Origin: Bryobacteraceae bacterium
GTDB taxonomy: Bacteria; Acidobacteriota; Terriglobia; Bryobacterales; Bryobacteraceae
DNA length: 64,000 nt
Assembly: GCA_050010255.1 (NCBI GenBank)
Contig: JBEKLJ010000001.1
Span: 960-64,959 of the forward strand
Reading direction: 5' to 3'
The position numbers and the translations under genes were made by a program. Shown one piece after another: positions 37,963 through 47,644 of this stretch. Position 1 is the first letter of the stretch, and each line of letters begins with the position of its first letter. A model generated the notes under the pieces. It saw only the letters and a list, made by a program, of their open reading frames with translations, was not told the DNA's origin and searched no databases.

Positions 37963-38709
37963 ATGAAGCGTTTCGCAGTCCTCCTTCCGCTCCTCGTCAG
38001 CCTGGCCGTGCCGGCCGCCGCGGCCGACAATAAGAAGCCGCAAGAGCCCGGCATCACGCGCGCGCAGGCCGAGGGGATCCTCCAGGAACTGCGCCAGATT
38101 CGGCAGTTGCTCGAGAAAGGCGCACGGCCCGGCTCCCCCGACGCGGTCCTGGAAACCGGCGGCAAGGTCAGGATGAGGCTGGAAAGCGAAGCTTGGCTCG
38201 GCAAGAAGGACGCGCCGCTCACGCTAGTCGAATTCACCGACTACCAGTGCAGCTTCTGCCAGCGATTCCACCTGGCGACCTTCCCCGCGATCCGCAAGAA
38301 GTATATCGATACCGGCCAGCTCCGCTTCGTCAGCCGCGACCTGCCGCTCGATTTCCACTCGAGCGCCGCCCGGGCCGCCGAAGCCGCTCGCTGCGCCGGA
38401 GACCAGGGCCAGTTCTGGACGATGCGCGACCGGCTCATCGCCAGCCCCGACCGGCTCTCGCCCGACGACATCACCGGCTACGCCCGCGACCTCAAGCTCA
38501 ATCTCGAGGCCTTCCAGTCCTGCCTCTCCAGCAGCAAGTACCACCAGGCGGTCGAGAACGACGTCGCCCTGGCAGTGTCCATCAACATCCAGGGCACGCC
38601 GGCCTTCATTCTCGGCAAGAGCACGCCCGAGGGCGTCGAGGGTGTCGTCCTCATGGGTGCGCTGCCGCTGGAGGCCTTCGAGGCCAAGCTGGCCGAGCTG
38701 TCGCGCTAG
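37963..38709 (+). CDS. DsbA-family thiol:disulfide oxidoreductase
   Basis: Signal peptide MKRFAVLLPLLVSLAVPAAAA. FTDYQCSFCQRF CxxC motif. Confidence 0.9.
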   Translation: MKRFAVLLPLLVSLAVPAAAADNKKPQEPGITRAQAEGILQELRQIRQLLEKGARPGSPDAVLETGGKVRMRLESEAWLGKKDAPLTLVEFTDYQCSFCQRFHLATFPAIRKKYIDTGQLRFVSRDLPLDFHSSAARAAEAARCAGDQGQFWTMRDRLIASPDRLSPDDITGYARDLKLNLEAFQSCLSSSKYHQAVENDVALAVSINIQGTPAFILGKSTPEGVEGVVLMGALPLEAFEAKLAELSR

Positions 38710-38833
38710 TCCGGACTACGCTGGCATCCCCCGCACCGCGCCGAGCGCCTGGGGCGCCAGCTCCGCCAGCGTGACGTACGCACCGTCGATCCACCCGGCG
38801 CGGCGCAGCGCGCCGGTGCAGCCCAGCCCGGGC

Positions 38834-39871
38834 TTACTGTCTCAAAATGCGGATCGCGCCGTTCGAGGAGGAAAGGTCGATCAGCGGCCCGCCGCCGTTG
38901 ATCTGGCCTTCCAGGTGGTTCTTGCTCATGGCCCCGCGCATCGTCACGTCGAAATCGCTGCTGATCGAGCCGTTGCTCGTGGATGCCCGAAGCCGCGCCT
39001 TGACCGACTCCGGCAGGCGCACCGTAATCGATGAATTGCTCGTCGAGGCGCGCACGTCGTTGCCTTCCAGCGTCTCCAGCGTCACCTCGATCGAGCCGTT
39101 CGAGCTCTCGAACCGCAGCGGCGCCGCCGGCCTCGGCTTGGAGATCTGCGCGACGATGCTGCTGTTGGACGTGTTCGCCTCGATCGCTCCCGTGATGCGG
39201 GCCAGGCGAATCGAGCCGTTCGACGTCCGCGTGATCATATCGCCCGTCACGCTGTCGGCTTCGATCCTGCCGTTCGACGTATGCGCGTCGACCCGGCCCT
39301 CGATTCTCCGCAACACCACCGTCCCGTTCGAAGTCTCCAGGCGTGCCTCACCCTGGATGTCCTCCACGCGGATCTGTCCGTTCGAGCTCGCGATCCGCTC
39401 CAGCCGAACCTGCCGCGGTACCCGGATGGAGTACCGCGCGCCCATGTTGCCGTGGTAACCACTCGGCCGAACAGTCCGCACTACCACCGAGTTGGCGTCG
39501 GCCCTGGTCTCAATCCTCAGTTCCCGCAGCATCTCCTCGCGGCCGGCGTACTTGGTGCCGGTGATCTGGACCGATTGCTTCTCCCAGCCGATGATCTCGA
39601 TTGAGCCGTTGAAGTTCTCCACGACCAGACGCCCGCCGGGCTTCAGGTCGAAACTGTATTGGAAGTCCTCCCGGTACCGATCGGAGGATTCGATGATACC
39701 CTCCAGGTCGCAGCCGGCCTGGAAGAGCAGCAAACACAGAGTGGACAGAGTGGCAAGAACAAAGGCAGATCTGCGCACGGCGCACCTCACTACAGGTAAT
39801 ACGACGGCCGGAGGCCGGCTGTTCCCGCCAAAGTAGCGGCAACCGCCGCGGGAACCGGCGCTGGCGGCCAC
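38834..39871 (-). CDS. DUF4097-family beta-strand repeat protein (putative lipoprotein)
   Basis: Repeated SNG(S/T)I(R/E)V units. LFQAGC lipobox. The real start may be GTG 39790. Confidence 0.75.
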   Translation of the reverse strand: MAASAGSRGGCRYFGGNSRPPAVVLPVVRCAVRRSAFVLATLSTLCLLLFQAGCDLEGIIESSDRYREDFQYSFDLKPGGRLVVENFNGSIEIIGWEKQSVQITGTKYAGREEMLRELRIETRADANSVVVRTVRPSGYHGNMGARYSIRVPRQVRLERIASSNGQIRVEDIQGEARLETSNGTVVLRRIEGRVDAHTSNGRIEADSVTGDMITRTSNGSIRLARITGAIEANTSNSSIVAQISKPRPAAPLRFESSNGSIEVTLETLEGNDVRASTSNSSITVRLPESVKARLRASTSNGSISSDFDVTMRGAMSKNHLEGQINGGGPLIDLSSSNGAIRILRQ

Positions 39872-40012
39872 GGAATCGGGCAGGCACGCGGCCGCGGAAA
39901 CGACGACTCGCTGCGCTGTTCCAAGGTGCCGCTCTCTTTGATGACGCCACGCCTCTGCGACACAAGCCGCCAGGACGCCCAGACCCAGCCCCGCCTCCCG
40001 CCTGAAACAGCC

Positions 40013-41179
40013 TCAGCCGACGCCGCCGTCGTAGGGGAACTCGGGCGGCGGCGCGCCTTTCACACCGCCGTAGCTGCGCATCGCCGCGTCGCACACGGCG
40101 TAACCCCAGTTGATGAGCCGCTCCTGGAGCCGCGGCTCCAGCGCCTTCAGCCGCGTCGGCGTCTCCGCCAGCTTCTTTGTCTTCTCGATCGGGCAGGGCA
40201 GCGCATCGCCGAGGGGGTACTCGGCAATGTCGGACCACGTGCTCCAGTACGCGCCCTGGCGTTGCCCGCTGTCGAATGAGCCGATCACCTGGCGCTTGCG
40301 CAAGCTCCGCACCTGGTTGTCGATCAGGTTGGAAACTCGGTACAGGTGAGACAGCCAGTTGCGCTTCGGAACGGCCTCGGCCCCGTACATCCCGCCCCCG
40401 TCGCTGACCAGGATCGTCCGGTACCGCTTCCAGGCGGTTTCCAATCCCAGGTTGTCATAGACGCCCCCATCGGTCAGGACCACCCGGGTGGTGAACGGCG
40501 GCCGCTGGAGATCGGCGCCGCTGTTGGGCGTGTAGTCGCCGTCCTCCAGCTTCAGCTTCAGGGGCGACAGGCACGGCGGGAACGCGGAGGAGGCGGCGAC
40601 GGCCGTCGCCAGCTTCACTTGCGGGTTCTTGACCTCTCCCACGCGCCAGTCCCGCATGTACGGTTTCGAGAAGCGCCACAGCGCCTTCGATTGCACGTTG
40701 GTGGCGTTGATGACGAACCGCGGCCGGTCCGGCAACTGCTGGAGCGTCGCCTCGCCGAACAGGTACTTCCGGTAGGCGCCCGCCACCTTGTCGCTGATGC
40801 TGCCGGGCAGCAGCACGCCGCTGGCGATCGACGTCCAGTCGATGCTCCGGCTCGCCAGCTTCCGTACCGGCGCCACCACCTGCGACTCGAACTCGCCGGC
40901 CACGCCGCCCACGAACCCCAGCCGGAGCCAGTTCAGACCCAGCACGCCGGCCGTGATCGAGCCGCCGGAAACGCTGGAAATGCGCTCCAGCTTGCTCAAC
41001 AGGCCTAGTTGGTTCAGGCGCCACAGGCTGCCGAGGTGGAACAGCATGGCGCGATATCCGCCGCCGGAGAGGCACAGCGCAATCCCATCCTCCAGCTTGT
41101 CTTCCGCCGGATCCGTGGGGATGCGCTCGACCGGCGCCGCTACCGCGATGTCTTCCTTCCTACTTGTGGGATCGGGCAT
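40013..41179 (-). CDS. patatin-like phospholipase
   Basis: 388 aa from the internal ATG 41179. LSGGGYRAMLFHLG oxyanion motif and SSVSGGS nucleophile elbow. No signal peptide. Confidence 0.85.
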   Translation of the reverse strand: MPDPTSRKEDIAVAAPVERIPTDPAEDKLEDGIALCLSGGGYRAMLFHLGSLWRLNQLGLLSKLERISSVSGGSITAGVLGLNWLRLGFVGGVAGEFESQVVAPVRKLASRSIDWTSIASGVLLPGSISDKVAGAYRKYLFGEATLQQLPDRPRFVINATNVQSKALWRFSKPYMRDWRVGEVKNPQVKLATAVAASSAFPPCLSPLKLKLEDGDYTPNSGADLQRPPFTTRVVLTDGGVYDNLGLETAWKRYRTILVSDGGGMYGAEAVPKRNWLSHLYRVSNLIDNQVRSLRKRQVIGSFDSGQRQGAYWSTWSDIAEYPLGDALPCPIEKTKKLAETPTRLKALEPRLQERLINWGYAVCDAAMRSYGGVKGAPPPEFPYDGGVG

Positions 41180-42401
41180 GGCGTATTTGCTCCACCGGGA
41201 GGAGGCAGTCGTACCACAGCTTGCCTTTGACAACGCCTTTGGGCAACTGGCCCGCGGCCGGGCCGGCGGGCGCGCCCTGGACGGGCAAGGAGTCGCTGCG
41301 CACCAGCCGCTCGCCCGTCTGGCGTTCCAGGGCGTCGACCAGCTTGCCGTAGGGAATCGAAGGCCAGGGCGTGTTCTGCGTGGAGAGCATGGCGACGAAC
41401 TTCTGTGTGGGCATGCGGTCCAGCGCACTCCGCGGAGTGGCGTTCTCGCTGCCGTGGTGAGCCACCTTGTAGAAGGTCACCTGGGCGAGCAGTTCCTGGG
41501 CCTTGTCTTTTTCCACCCAGTACTGCCAGTTGCCGTACTGGGCGTCGCCGGCAAAGAGCATGGCCTGGCCCCCGTACCGTAACAGCAGCACCACGCTGGT
41601 GTTGTTGATGGCCTGGTCGAGCGCGAACCCCAGCCGCTCGCTCGTGCTGGCCGCCGCCTCCTCCAGTAGCTTCCGCTCTCTTTCCGTGAGCGGAGCTTTG
41701 CCGCGGTAATCGTACTCCCATTTTGGAGGGAACGGCGCCAGCGCGGTGGCCGCGCCGGCCCCCGCGCCAGCCATGCGCAGGTACTTCTCCGTGTCCGGCG
41801 GGTCCATGCGGGCCAGGAAGTCCTGGTCCTTGGGGGGCCCGAGCACGTGCGCGCTGAGGCCCTTGATGCCGGCGGCGTCTTGGATCTCCTGATCGGCCTG
41901 GCGGTACTCGACCTTGGCCCCGAGCTCGCTCTTGAGCAGGGTCAGAGCCGGCTCGTTCCCGATCAGGTTGGCCACGGCCTCCCGGACCGCGTCAAACCGG
42001 TCCCCGCCCAGCGCCGCGAACTGCCGCCGCAGCCCCTCGGCCAGCGCCAAGTGCTTCGTCTTGAGCCGCGCGGCATCCGGGTCGGACTTGTCCTCGGTCC
42101 ACGGCAACCACACCTCGCGCACGTGCATGCTGCGACGAAACTTCTCCGCCTCGGAGCCGAAACCCGAGAGGTGGTCCTGGTGCGCGTGCGTGGCCACGAT
42201 CAGGTCCAGCTTGCCGCCGGTCTCCTTCAGGATGTCGTCGACCACGGCGCCCATCGTCTTGATGTCGCCGCGCGCGTGCACGCCGCAGTCGATTAAGATG
42301 TGATGCGCTTTGTCCGCGCCCGGCAGCGTCAGCAGGAAGCAATCGCCGAACCCGACGCGGTACATGCGGATTCTGATATCGCGGCTCTTCTTGGCAGGCA
42401 T
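41160..42401 (-). CDS. MBL-fold metallo-hydrolase
   Basis: 413 aa. VGFGDCFLL, ATHAHQDH (HxHxDH) and VAHHGS motifs. Overlaps the patatin start by 20 nt. Confidence 0.85.
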   Translation of the reverse strand: MPAKKSRDIRIRMYRVGFGDCFLLTLPGADKAHHILIDCGVHARGDIKTMGAVVDDILKETGGKLDLIVATHAHQDHLSGFGSEAEKFRRSMHVREVWLPWTEDKSDPDAARLKTKHLALAEGLRRQFAALGGDRFDAVREAVANLIGNEPALTLLKSELGAKVEYRQADQEIQDAAGIKGLSAHVLGPPKDQDFLARMDPPDTEKYLRMAGAGAGAATALAPFPPKWEYDYRGKAPLTERERKLLEEAAASTSERLGFALDQAINNTSVVLLLRYGGQAMLFAGDAQYGNWQYWVEKDKAQELLAQVTFYKVAHHGSENATPRSALDRMPTQKFVAMLSTQNTPWPSIPYGKLVDALERQTGERLVRSDSLPVQGAPAGPAAGQLPKGVVKGKLWYDCLLPVEQIRHARSHK

Positions 42402-44174
42402 CTAAAACCCCCTGTGGATCGCGGCAAAACTCAGGTCCCGTCCCGCGCCGCCCTGAATGTATGTCGCCAGCGCCGACCTCACCCCCACGCGGCCCAGGAA
42501 GGCCCGCTGGCTGGCCAGCCGCCGCTGGCTGTCGATGTGCTTGACGATCGCGTAGCGGACCTCGCCGTGCTGGTTGAGGATGACCGTCGAACCCCCGAGG
42601 TACGTGAACTTCTGCGACTGCGGGTCGGACGGGTCCACGCGCTCCTGGCGTTCCTGCAAGAATTCCACTACGTAGTCGAAGCAAAGCTGTCCGTCCGGCC
42701 CCACCCGGTGCAGCGGGTGGAACGAGAGCACCCGGAACTCCTTCTCCCTTGTAGATAACCCCAGCGGCTCTCGATTCGCCGAGGCCCAGTGGTGGAGGAC
42801 GGTCGCGTTCCTGTCGGTTTGCCGGGGGTTCGGCTCCCCCAGAACGTTGAACGTCAGCCCCGTGCACCGTTTCAGCGGGCGCTTGGGATCCACGACGTCG
42901 GGCGGACGCCAGCGCAGCGCTTCTTCCGAATACGAGCCGACGTCCTCGGGGACGATGCCGCGCGCGCGGAACGCTTCGATGAAAGCCGCGCGGTAACCCC
43001 ACGGGTCCTCGGGCACGAGGTCCGAATCGGCGGTGATGATGGCGCGCAGGAATTCCCCGAAGGAGATGTCCACTGGCGGGGAGTAGTCCAGGGCCCGGAT
43101 ACAGATGTTCGAGAAATGCTGCGCCAGCTTCGACGCCTCGCCCGCCAGCCGGTTGGCAAGATCCGGGTGCAGGTCGCCCTGCGCGCCCACCGCTCCGCCG
43201 GCGCGCCCGATCCGCAATAGGTCGCGCGTCCGCTTGAGGTACACGCTGAAAAACGCGTCGAACACCGCGGCCACCAGGATCGCTCCCCGGTCATGCGGTT
43301 CCAGCGCTGTTTCGAGCAGCCGCGGGTCGGGCTTCTTGTCGAGGGCCGAGCGCAGCGCCGCCCGCATTCCCATCGCGTCGCCGAACTGCCTGGCCAACTC
43401 CACCAGCGGGTTCGGCTTGGCCTCCTCCCCGCGGATCTGCGCCTCTCCCTCGGCCTTGGCGTCGGCCTGGAGCTGGGGGCGGTGCAGATCGCCGCCGGTA
43501 CGCTGAATCGCGTCCAGCACCGCGTCCTTGTAACTGAAGTGCTGGAACAGCGCCACGACGTCGGCGAACGCCTCGTGGAAGGCCGGCGTGTCGGGCCCCG
43601 TCGCGGTCGTGAACTTCTGACGCAGACCGTCGATCAGGGCGTGCGTGGTCTCGTGCACGATGATGTCGTGCGACAGGCACGTGAACACGGTTTGGCCGGG
43701 CAGGTTCGCTCCCACGTCCTCCTCGCCGGCGGCGAAGTAGCCGAACACGATTGCCCGCAGCCCGGGATCGTAATACGCGTTGGCCTCCTCGATTCCGTGC
43801 GGGAAAATGTGCAGCTTCCCATGGTGGGGGTCGGTCTTCGGCCCCCTGTCCGGCGCCCACTTGATCTTGCGCCCCAGCGCCGACTCGAAGCGGCGGATCG
43901 TCTCCATCATGACCGCGTAGACCATCTGCTGATGGAACCGCGGGTCGGACTCGCTCGGCTCGAGCCCTCCCCCGAGCATCACCGCCGGGCTGTCGAGGTC
44001 TACCGGCTCGTAGTACTTGCCGTTGCTCGCGTCGTAGTCGATGACCGCGACGTAGTCGCCCACCGGGCCGGGCTTGACCTTCTCGTAGCGCGCGTTCACC
44101 GTCATGTAGTTGCTCAACTCGTGCCCGCGGCTAGGATCAAACGCGTAAATCTTCAACGGTCGGGAATCCGGCAT
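42402..44174 (-). CDS. cytoplasmic thermolysin-like (gluzincin, M4-like) zinc metalloprotease
   Basis: HETTHAL followed by FHEAFADV (third zinc-ligand Glu). ATG 44174 lies 8 nt downstream of GGAGG. The TAG stop abuts the ATG of the MBL gene. Confidence 0.7.
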   Translation of the reverse strand: MPDSRPLKIYAFDPSRGHELSNYMTVNARYEKVKPGPVGDYVAVIDYDASNGKYYEPVDLDSPAVMLGGGLEPSESDPRFHQQMVYAVMMETIRRFESALGRKIKWAPDRGPKTDPHHGKLHIFPHGIEEANAYYDPGLRAIVFGYFAAGEEDVGANLPGQTVFTCLSHDIIVHETTHALIDGLRQKFTTATGPDTPAFHEAFADVVALFQHFSYKDAVLDAIQRTGGDLHRPQLQADAKAEGEAQIRGEEAKPNPLVELARQFGDAMGMRAALRSALDKKPDPRLLETALEPHDRGAILVAAVFDAFFSVYLKRTRDLLRIGRAGGAVGAQGDLHPDLANRLAGEASKLAQHFSNICIRALDYSPPVDISFGEFLRAIITADSDLVPEDPWGYRAAFIEAFRARGIVPEDVGSYSEEALRWRPPDVVDPKRPLKRCTGLTFNVLGEPNPRQTDRNATVLHHWASANREPLGLSTREKEFRVLSFHPLHRVGPDGQLCFDYVVEFLQERQERVDPSDPQSQKFTYLGGSTVILNQHGEVRYAIVKHIDSQRRLASQRAFLGRVGVRSALATYIQGGAGRDLSFAAIHRGF

Positions 44175-44517
44175 AACACTCGCCTCCAGTTGGACCGTCC
44201 AGCCGCCGACTGTCCGCTGACGTCCAGGTTGAGACAAGAATACTGGAACTCCGGAATGCCTGCAAGAGTGTTTCTTTGATCTGCCCGCAACCGAAGCGGC
44301 CCCGATGAGGGCAATTTCACCTGCGCCTGGCGGACGGCGAGCTGGCGGCTGGCGGATAATCGCGAGAAAGCCGGTGATATTCCGGCCCTATTCCGGGAAT
44401 ATCAGTGGCCAGAGGTGACGCAAGAGCTAGAGCCCGATTTTCTCACGCCGTTCGGAGCGAGGCGCCGCGCGAGGCCGGTAGATTCAAGGCGCGCGACGGC
44501 CCTATCGCGCACGGCAC

Positions 44518-44573
44518 GGTCAGCACCGTATCCCCACTAGCCGAGCCGCGACCGGAAGGGAGCGGTTGCCCGA
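44518..44573 (+). repeat. dispersed repeat (…CCCACTAGCCGAGCCGCGACCGGAAGGGAGCGGTTGCC…), copy 1
   Basis: 43 of 56 identical to 59335-59390 by hand alignment. Confidence 0.6.
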
Positions 44574-44624
44574 GGCCGGCAGCACGCTTCTCAAGCCGGA
44601 GGCGCCATGCCGTGCGGCAGCACC

Positions 44625-44651
44625 GCGCCGCAGCAGGTTGTTGGTGAGAAA
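44625..44651 (-). repeat. 27-nt repeat family, diverged copy 3
   Basis: GCGCCGCAGCAGGTTGTTGGTGAGAAA, 23 of 27 identical. About 90 nt downstream of the stop of the PEP-CTERM gene. Confidence 0.75.
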
Positions 44652-44741
44652 TGCGGCTTAACGCCGGCGACCGCCTCGCCCTGGCGGCTTCCAATCGCCG
44701 GCTTGCGAGTGATCCGATATCGCACGCCGAGTTTTTCCGAT

Positions 44742-45599
44742 TCACCGAGTCCGGCGGACGAATCGGAACTTGCGCAGGCGTAACGCGCCGAGCAGACAAC
44801 CGAGGGCCACCAGTCCAGAGGACCCCGGCTCGGGGATGGGGGCGGCGGCGGCATTGCAGCCGTTTATGTAAGTCTTGCCGCCCAAGGTGTTCGCGGTCTC
44901 CACGAACACACAGCCGTCAATCGTGCCCCCAAGCACCCCACTTCCCCCGTTGTTGGCGGCAATGGTGAAGCTCGTTCCCGCTAGAATGCTTCCCTCAAAA
45001 GTCTGAGGGACGGTGACTGCGGTGATCGAGGCGGTCCTACCAACAATCCAGTAGATGTTCCTCCACTGCGCTTCGTTTATCAGATCGAATGTTAAAGGAC
45101 CGTTGATAGTCAAGTCCTCGGGAATCCTGATAATGAAAACATTACTGCTGTCACCCCCGGCATCGAAGGTCAAAGTAATGTCCGCAGTCGAAGTGACGTC
45201 GGTTGACGTAAACTGGTACACATTGTTGCCATAGAACGTACGGTTGCCCGTGAGATCACCCACCGTCTGCGTGTGTGGCGTGAGTGCATCGCTAAAGGCC
45301 GTATCGAACGCGGTTTCGAAGTCCGTGAACGCCATTCCGACGGTCGAGCCCGGGACGTTCGGCGCCGTATAAAAGGCACCGAGGGTTGCGATCCCCGGCC
45401 CCACCGGCGGCCCGAAACCCGTTATCGTAGTCGTGGCCCCAACATAGCCGACGACCTTAGATTCCCCGGTATTCGAGATCGTGTCGCCGAGCATCCCGAA
45501 AGAGATGGCAGTACCCAAATCCGGCGCGGCGATTGAGCCTCCAAAAGCAGGCACAGCAACCATTACAACCATCAGCGTCCACAGCAATCCCCGTCTCAC
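44742..45599 (-). CDS. ice-binding-like (DUF3494) family protein with PEP-CTERM sorting signal
   Basis: APDLGTAISFGML...NTG...TGF N-terminal pattern, NIYWIVG, FEGSILAG, and C-terminal PIPEPGSSGLVALGCLLGALRLRKFRF. Confidence 0.8.
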   Translation of the reverse strand: MRRGLLWTLMVVMVAVPAFGGSIAAPDLGTAISFGMLGDTISNTGESKVVGYVGATTTITGFGPPVGPGIATLGAFYTAPNVPGSTVGMAFTDFETAFDTAFSDALTPHTQTVGDLTGNRTFYGNNVYQFTSTDVTSTADITLTFDAGGDSSNVFIIRIPEDLTINGPLTFDLINEAQWRNIYWIVGRTASITAVTVPQTFEGSILAGTSFTIAANNGGSGVLGGTIDGCVFVETANTLGGKTYINGCNAAAAPIPEPGSSGLVALGCLLGALRLRKFRFVRRTR

Positions 45600-46043
45600 G
45601 GTTCCTCCTACGCTTCAGGACTTCCTGCGTCCCGAGGCCAGCAAGCACAGTACAGACCCCTCGATCTTATGCCTTTCGAACGGCGCACGTCAAGCACTTT
45701 CACTGCTTTCCCGCTGCGCGGACCGCTTGTTGAAAATCAAGGGCTTAGCCTGTCCAAGAGCTGGCTTCTCAGCCTATGTGGGCATCCTCGTACGCCACGT
45801 CTCCCTGGGCAGCGTTGTTGGGAAGCTGCCGCAAGTCTCCAATCCCGATGTTGGCGGAAGTGCGATCTCCAGTCTGCTCAGCAACATGGCACTGATCGGC
45901 GAACGCCTGTACCAGCTTCACGGTGAGCGGACACCAAGCAACAGTGCTCTCCCGGCTGAAGGCTTGACACGGAGTAGCCGGTACACAGGCCAGCCGCTCG
46001 CTGACGCGCGCGATTCGGTCACGGCATCGGGTATCCTCCAGGT

Positions 46044-47429
46044 ATGCGCTTCCTGACCTTCCTTGCTGTCTCACTGTTTCTGTCTCCGGGCTTCGCCCAG
46101 AACCTCTCCCCTGCCGCCGACCAGCAGTTGACCCGGGAAATCTACAAAGAGCTGATCGAGATCAACACCAGCTTCAGCACCGGCGCAACCACCCCGGCTG
46201 CCGAAGCGATGGCCGCCCGCTTGCGGGTCGCCGGCTTCCCGGCTTCCGACATCCAGGTGGTGGGTGCGGCGCCGCACAAGATGAACCTGGTTGTCCGCTA
46301 CCGTGGGACCGGCGCCAAGAGGCCCCTCCTCTTGCTGGCTCACCTCGATGTGGTCGAGGCGAAGCGGTCCGATTGGACCTTCGATCCGTTCGTGCTCCAC
46401 GAGCAGGACGGCTTCTTCTACGGGCGCGGCACCAGCGACGACAAGGCGCAGGCCGCCATCTGGATCGCCAACCTGATCCGTTACCGGCGCGAAGGCTTCC
46501 GTCCCTCGCGCGACCTCATCGTCGCCCTGACCGCCGACGAAGAGGGCGGCGGGCCTTACAACGGCGTGGTCTGGCTGCTTGAGAACCACCGCAAGCTACT
46601 CGACGCGGAGTTCGCGCTCAACGAAGGCGGCGGGGGTGAGATGCATGACAGCCGGAGGCTGCTGAACCTCCTCCAGGTGGCCGAGAAGACCTACGCGGAT
46701 TTCCGCATCGAAGCGAGAAACCCGGGCGGCCACAGCGCGATGCCCGTGAAAGAGAACGCGATTTACCGGCTGGCGGCTGCGCTGGAACGCATTTCCAGGT
46801 ACGAGTTCCCGATCCGGCTGAACGAGGTAACCCGCGCCTACTTCCGGGCGACGGCCAGTCTTTACACTGGTGCGCTGGCCGAGGACCTCCAGGCCGCCGC
46901 GCGGGGCGACCAGCAGGCCATTGCGCGCGTCGCGGCGGCGTCTCCGGTTTGGAACGCGGTCCTGCACACCACCTGCGTGGCCACCATGCTCGACGGCGGG
47001 CACGCCCTCAACGCGCTGCCTCAGACCGCCGGCGCCAACATCAACTGCCGCGTCCATCCGGACGATTCGCTCCAGTTCGTCTTCGACACTCTGAGGAAGG
47101 TGATCGCGGACGACAAGGTCGACGTTCGGCCAAGCGGCGAGCCTCCGACCTCCGCGCCGGCCTCCCCGCTGCGCGATGACATTCTGAGCGCGGCGAAGCG
47201 CGTAACCAGCCAGATGTGGCCGGGGGTGCCGGTTGTGCCTTGCATGGGGACGGGAGCCACCGACGGCCGATTCCTCCGCGCCGCGGGAATTCCCACCTAC
47301 GGCATGACCGGCCTGTTCTTGGAGCGCGACGATAAGCGCGCCCACGGCCAGAACGAGCGCGTTGGGGTCGCTCAGTTCTACGAGTCCGAAACGTATCTCT
47401 ACCGGTTGGTGAGGGAGCTGGCCCAGTAA
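46044..47429 (+). CDS. M20/M25/M40 family metallopeptidase (secreted)
   Basis: Signal peptide. LLLLAHLDVV and GRGTSDDK motifs. Confidence 0.9.
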   Translation: MRFLTFLAVSLFLSPGFAQNLSPAADQQLTREIYKELIEINTSFSTGATTPAAEAMAARLRVAGFPASDIQVVGAAPHKMNLVVRYRGTGAKRPLLLLAHLDVVEAKRSDWTFDPFVLHEQDGFFYGRGTSDDKAQAAIWIANLIRYRREGFRPSRDLIVALTADEEGGGPYNGVVWLLENHRKLLDAEFALNEGGGGEMHDSRRLLNLLQVAEKTYADFRIEARNPGGHSAMPVKENAIYRLAAALERISRYEFPIRLNEVTRAYFRATASLYTGALAEDLQAAARGDQQAIARVAAASPVWNAVLHTTCVATMLDGGHALNALPQTAGANINCRVHPDDSLQFVFDTLRKVIADDKVDVRPSGEPPTSAPASPLRDDILSAAKRVTSQMWPGVPVVPCMGTGATDGRFLRAAGIPTYGMTGLFLERDDKRAHGQNERVGVAQFYESETYLYRLVRELAQ

Positions 47430-47447
47430 CTCGTAACCCGGGCCAGG

Positions 47448-47473
47448 AACCCAGGACAGCACACTCAATCACC
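47448..47473 (+). repeat. 26-nt sequence AACCCAGGACAGCACACTCAATCACC (partner of 32976-33001)
   Basis: 23 of 26 identical. Lies 19 nt after the M20 peptidase stop. Confidence 0.7.
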
Positions 47474-47596
47474 AATTGTGAAGTTGCGCTGACGGCTCGT
47501 CATCGCCTGAATGTGCCACGCCCCAACCAAGATGGCGTCCCTGCCACGGCGGCATTTCCGTTTTGTGGATCCGTTCCGGACGTGCCGCCGCTCGGC

Positions 47597-47644
47597 CGAT
47601 GCCGGCAGGGAAGCCGGCATGGCAGCCTCGAAAGGCCGCTCCAC
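47597..47644 (-). repeat. 48-nt dispersed repeat (GTGGAGCGGCCTTTCSAGGCTGCCATGCCGGC...), copy 1, inverted
   Basis: Its reverse complement matches 59165-59212 with a few mismatches. Confidence 0.75.

Noticed and set aside
38716-38833. Short minus-strand frame PGLGCTGALRRAGWIDGAYVTLAELAPQALGAVRGMPA* between dsbA and the DUF4097 gene
   Set aside because: It is only about 38 codons with no start codon and no recognisable family. It is possibly a gene relic, but this cannot be supported from the sequence alone.
45769-46074. 101-aa minus-strand ORF upstream of the PEP-CTERM gene, and the 191-aa plus-strand ORF 45481-46056
   Set aside because: No motifs, a Cys/Arg-scattered composition and mutual overlap in an intergenic region. 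There is insufficient support to call either a gene.
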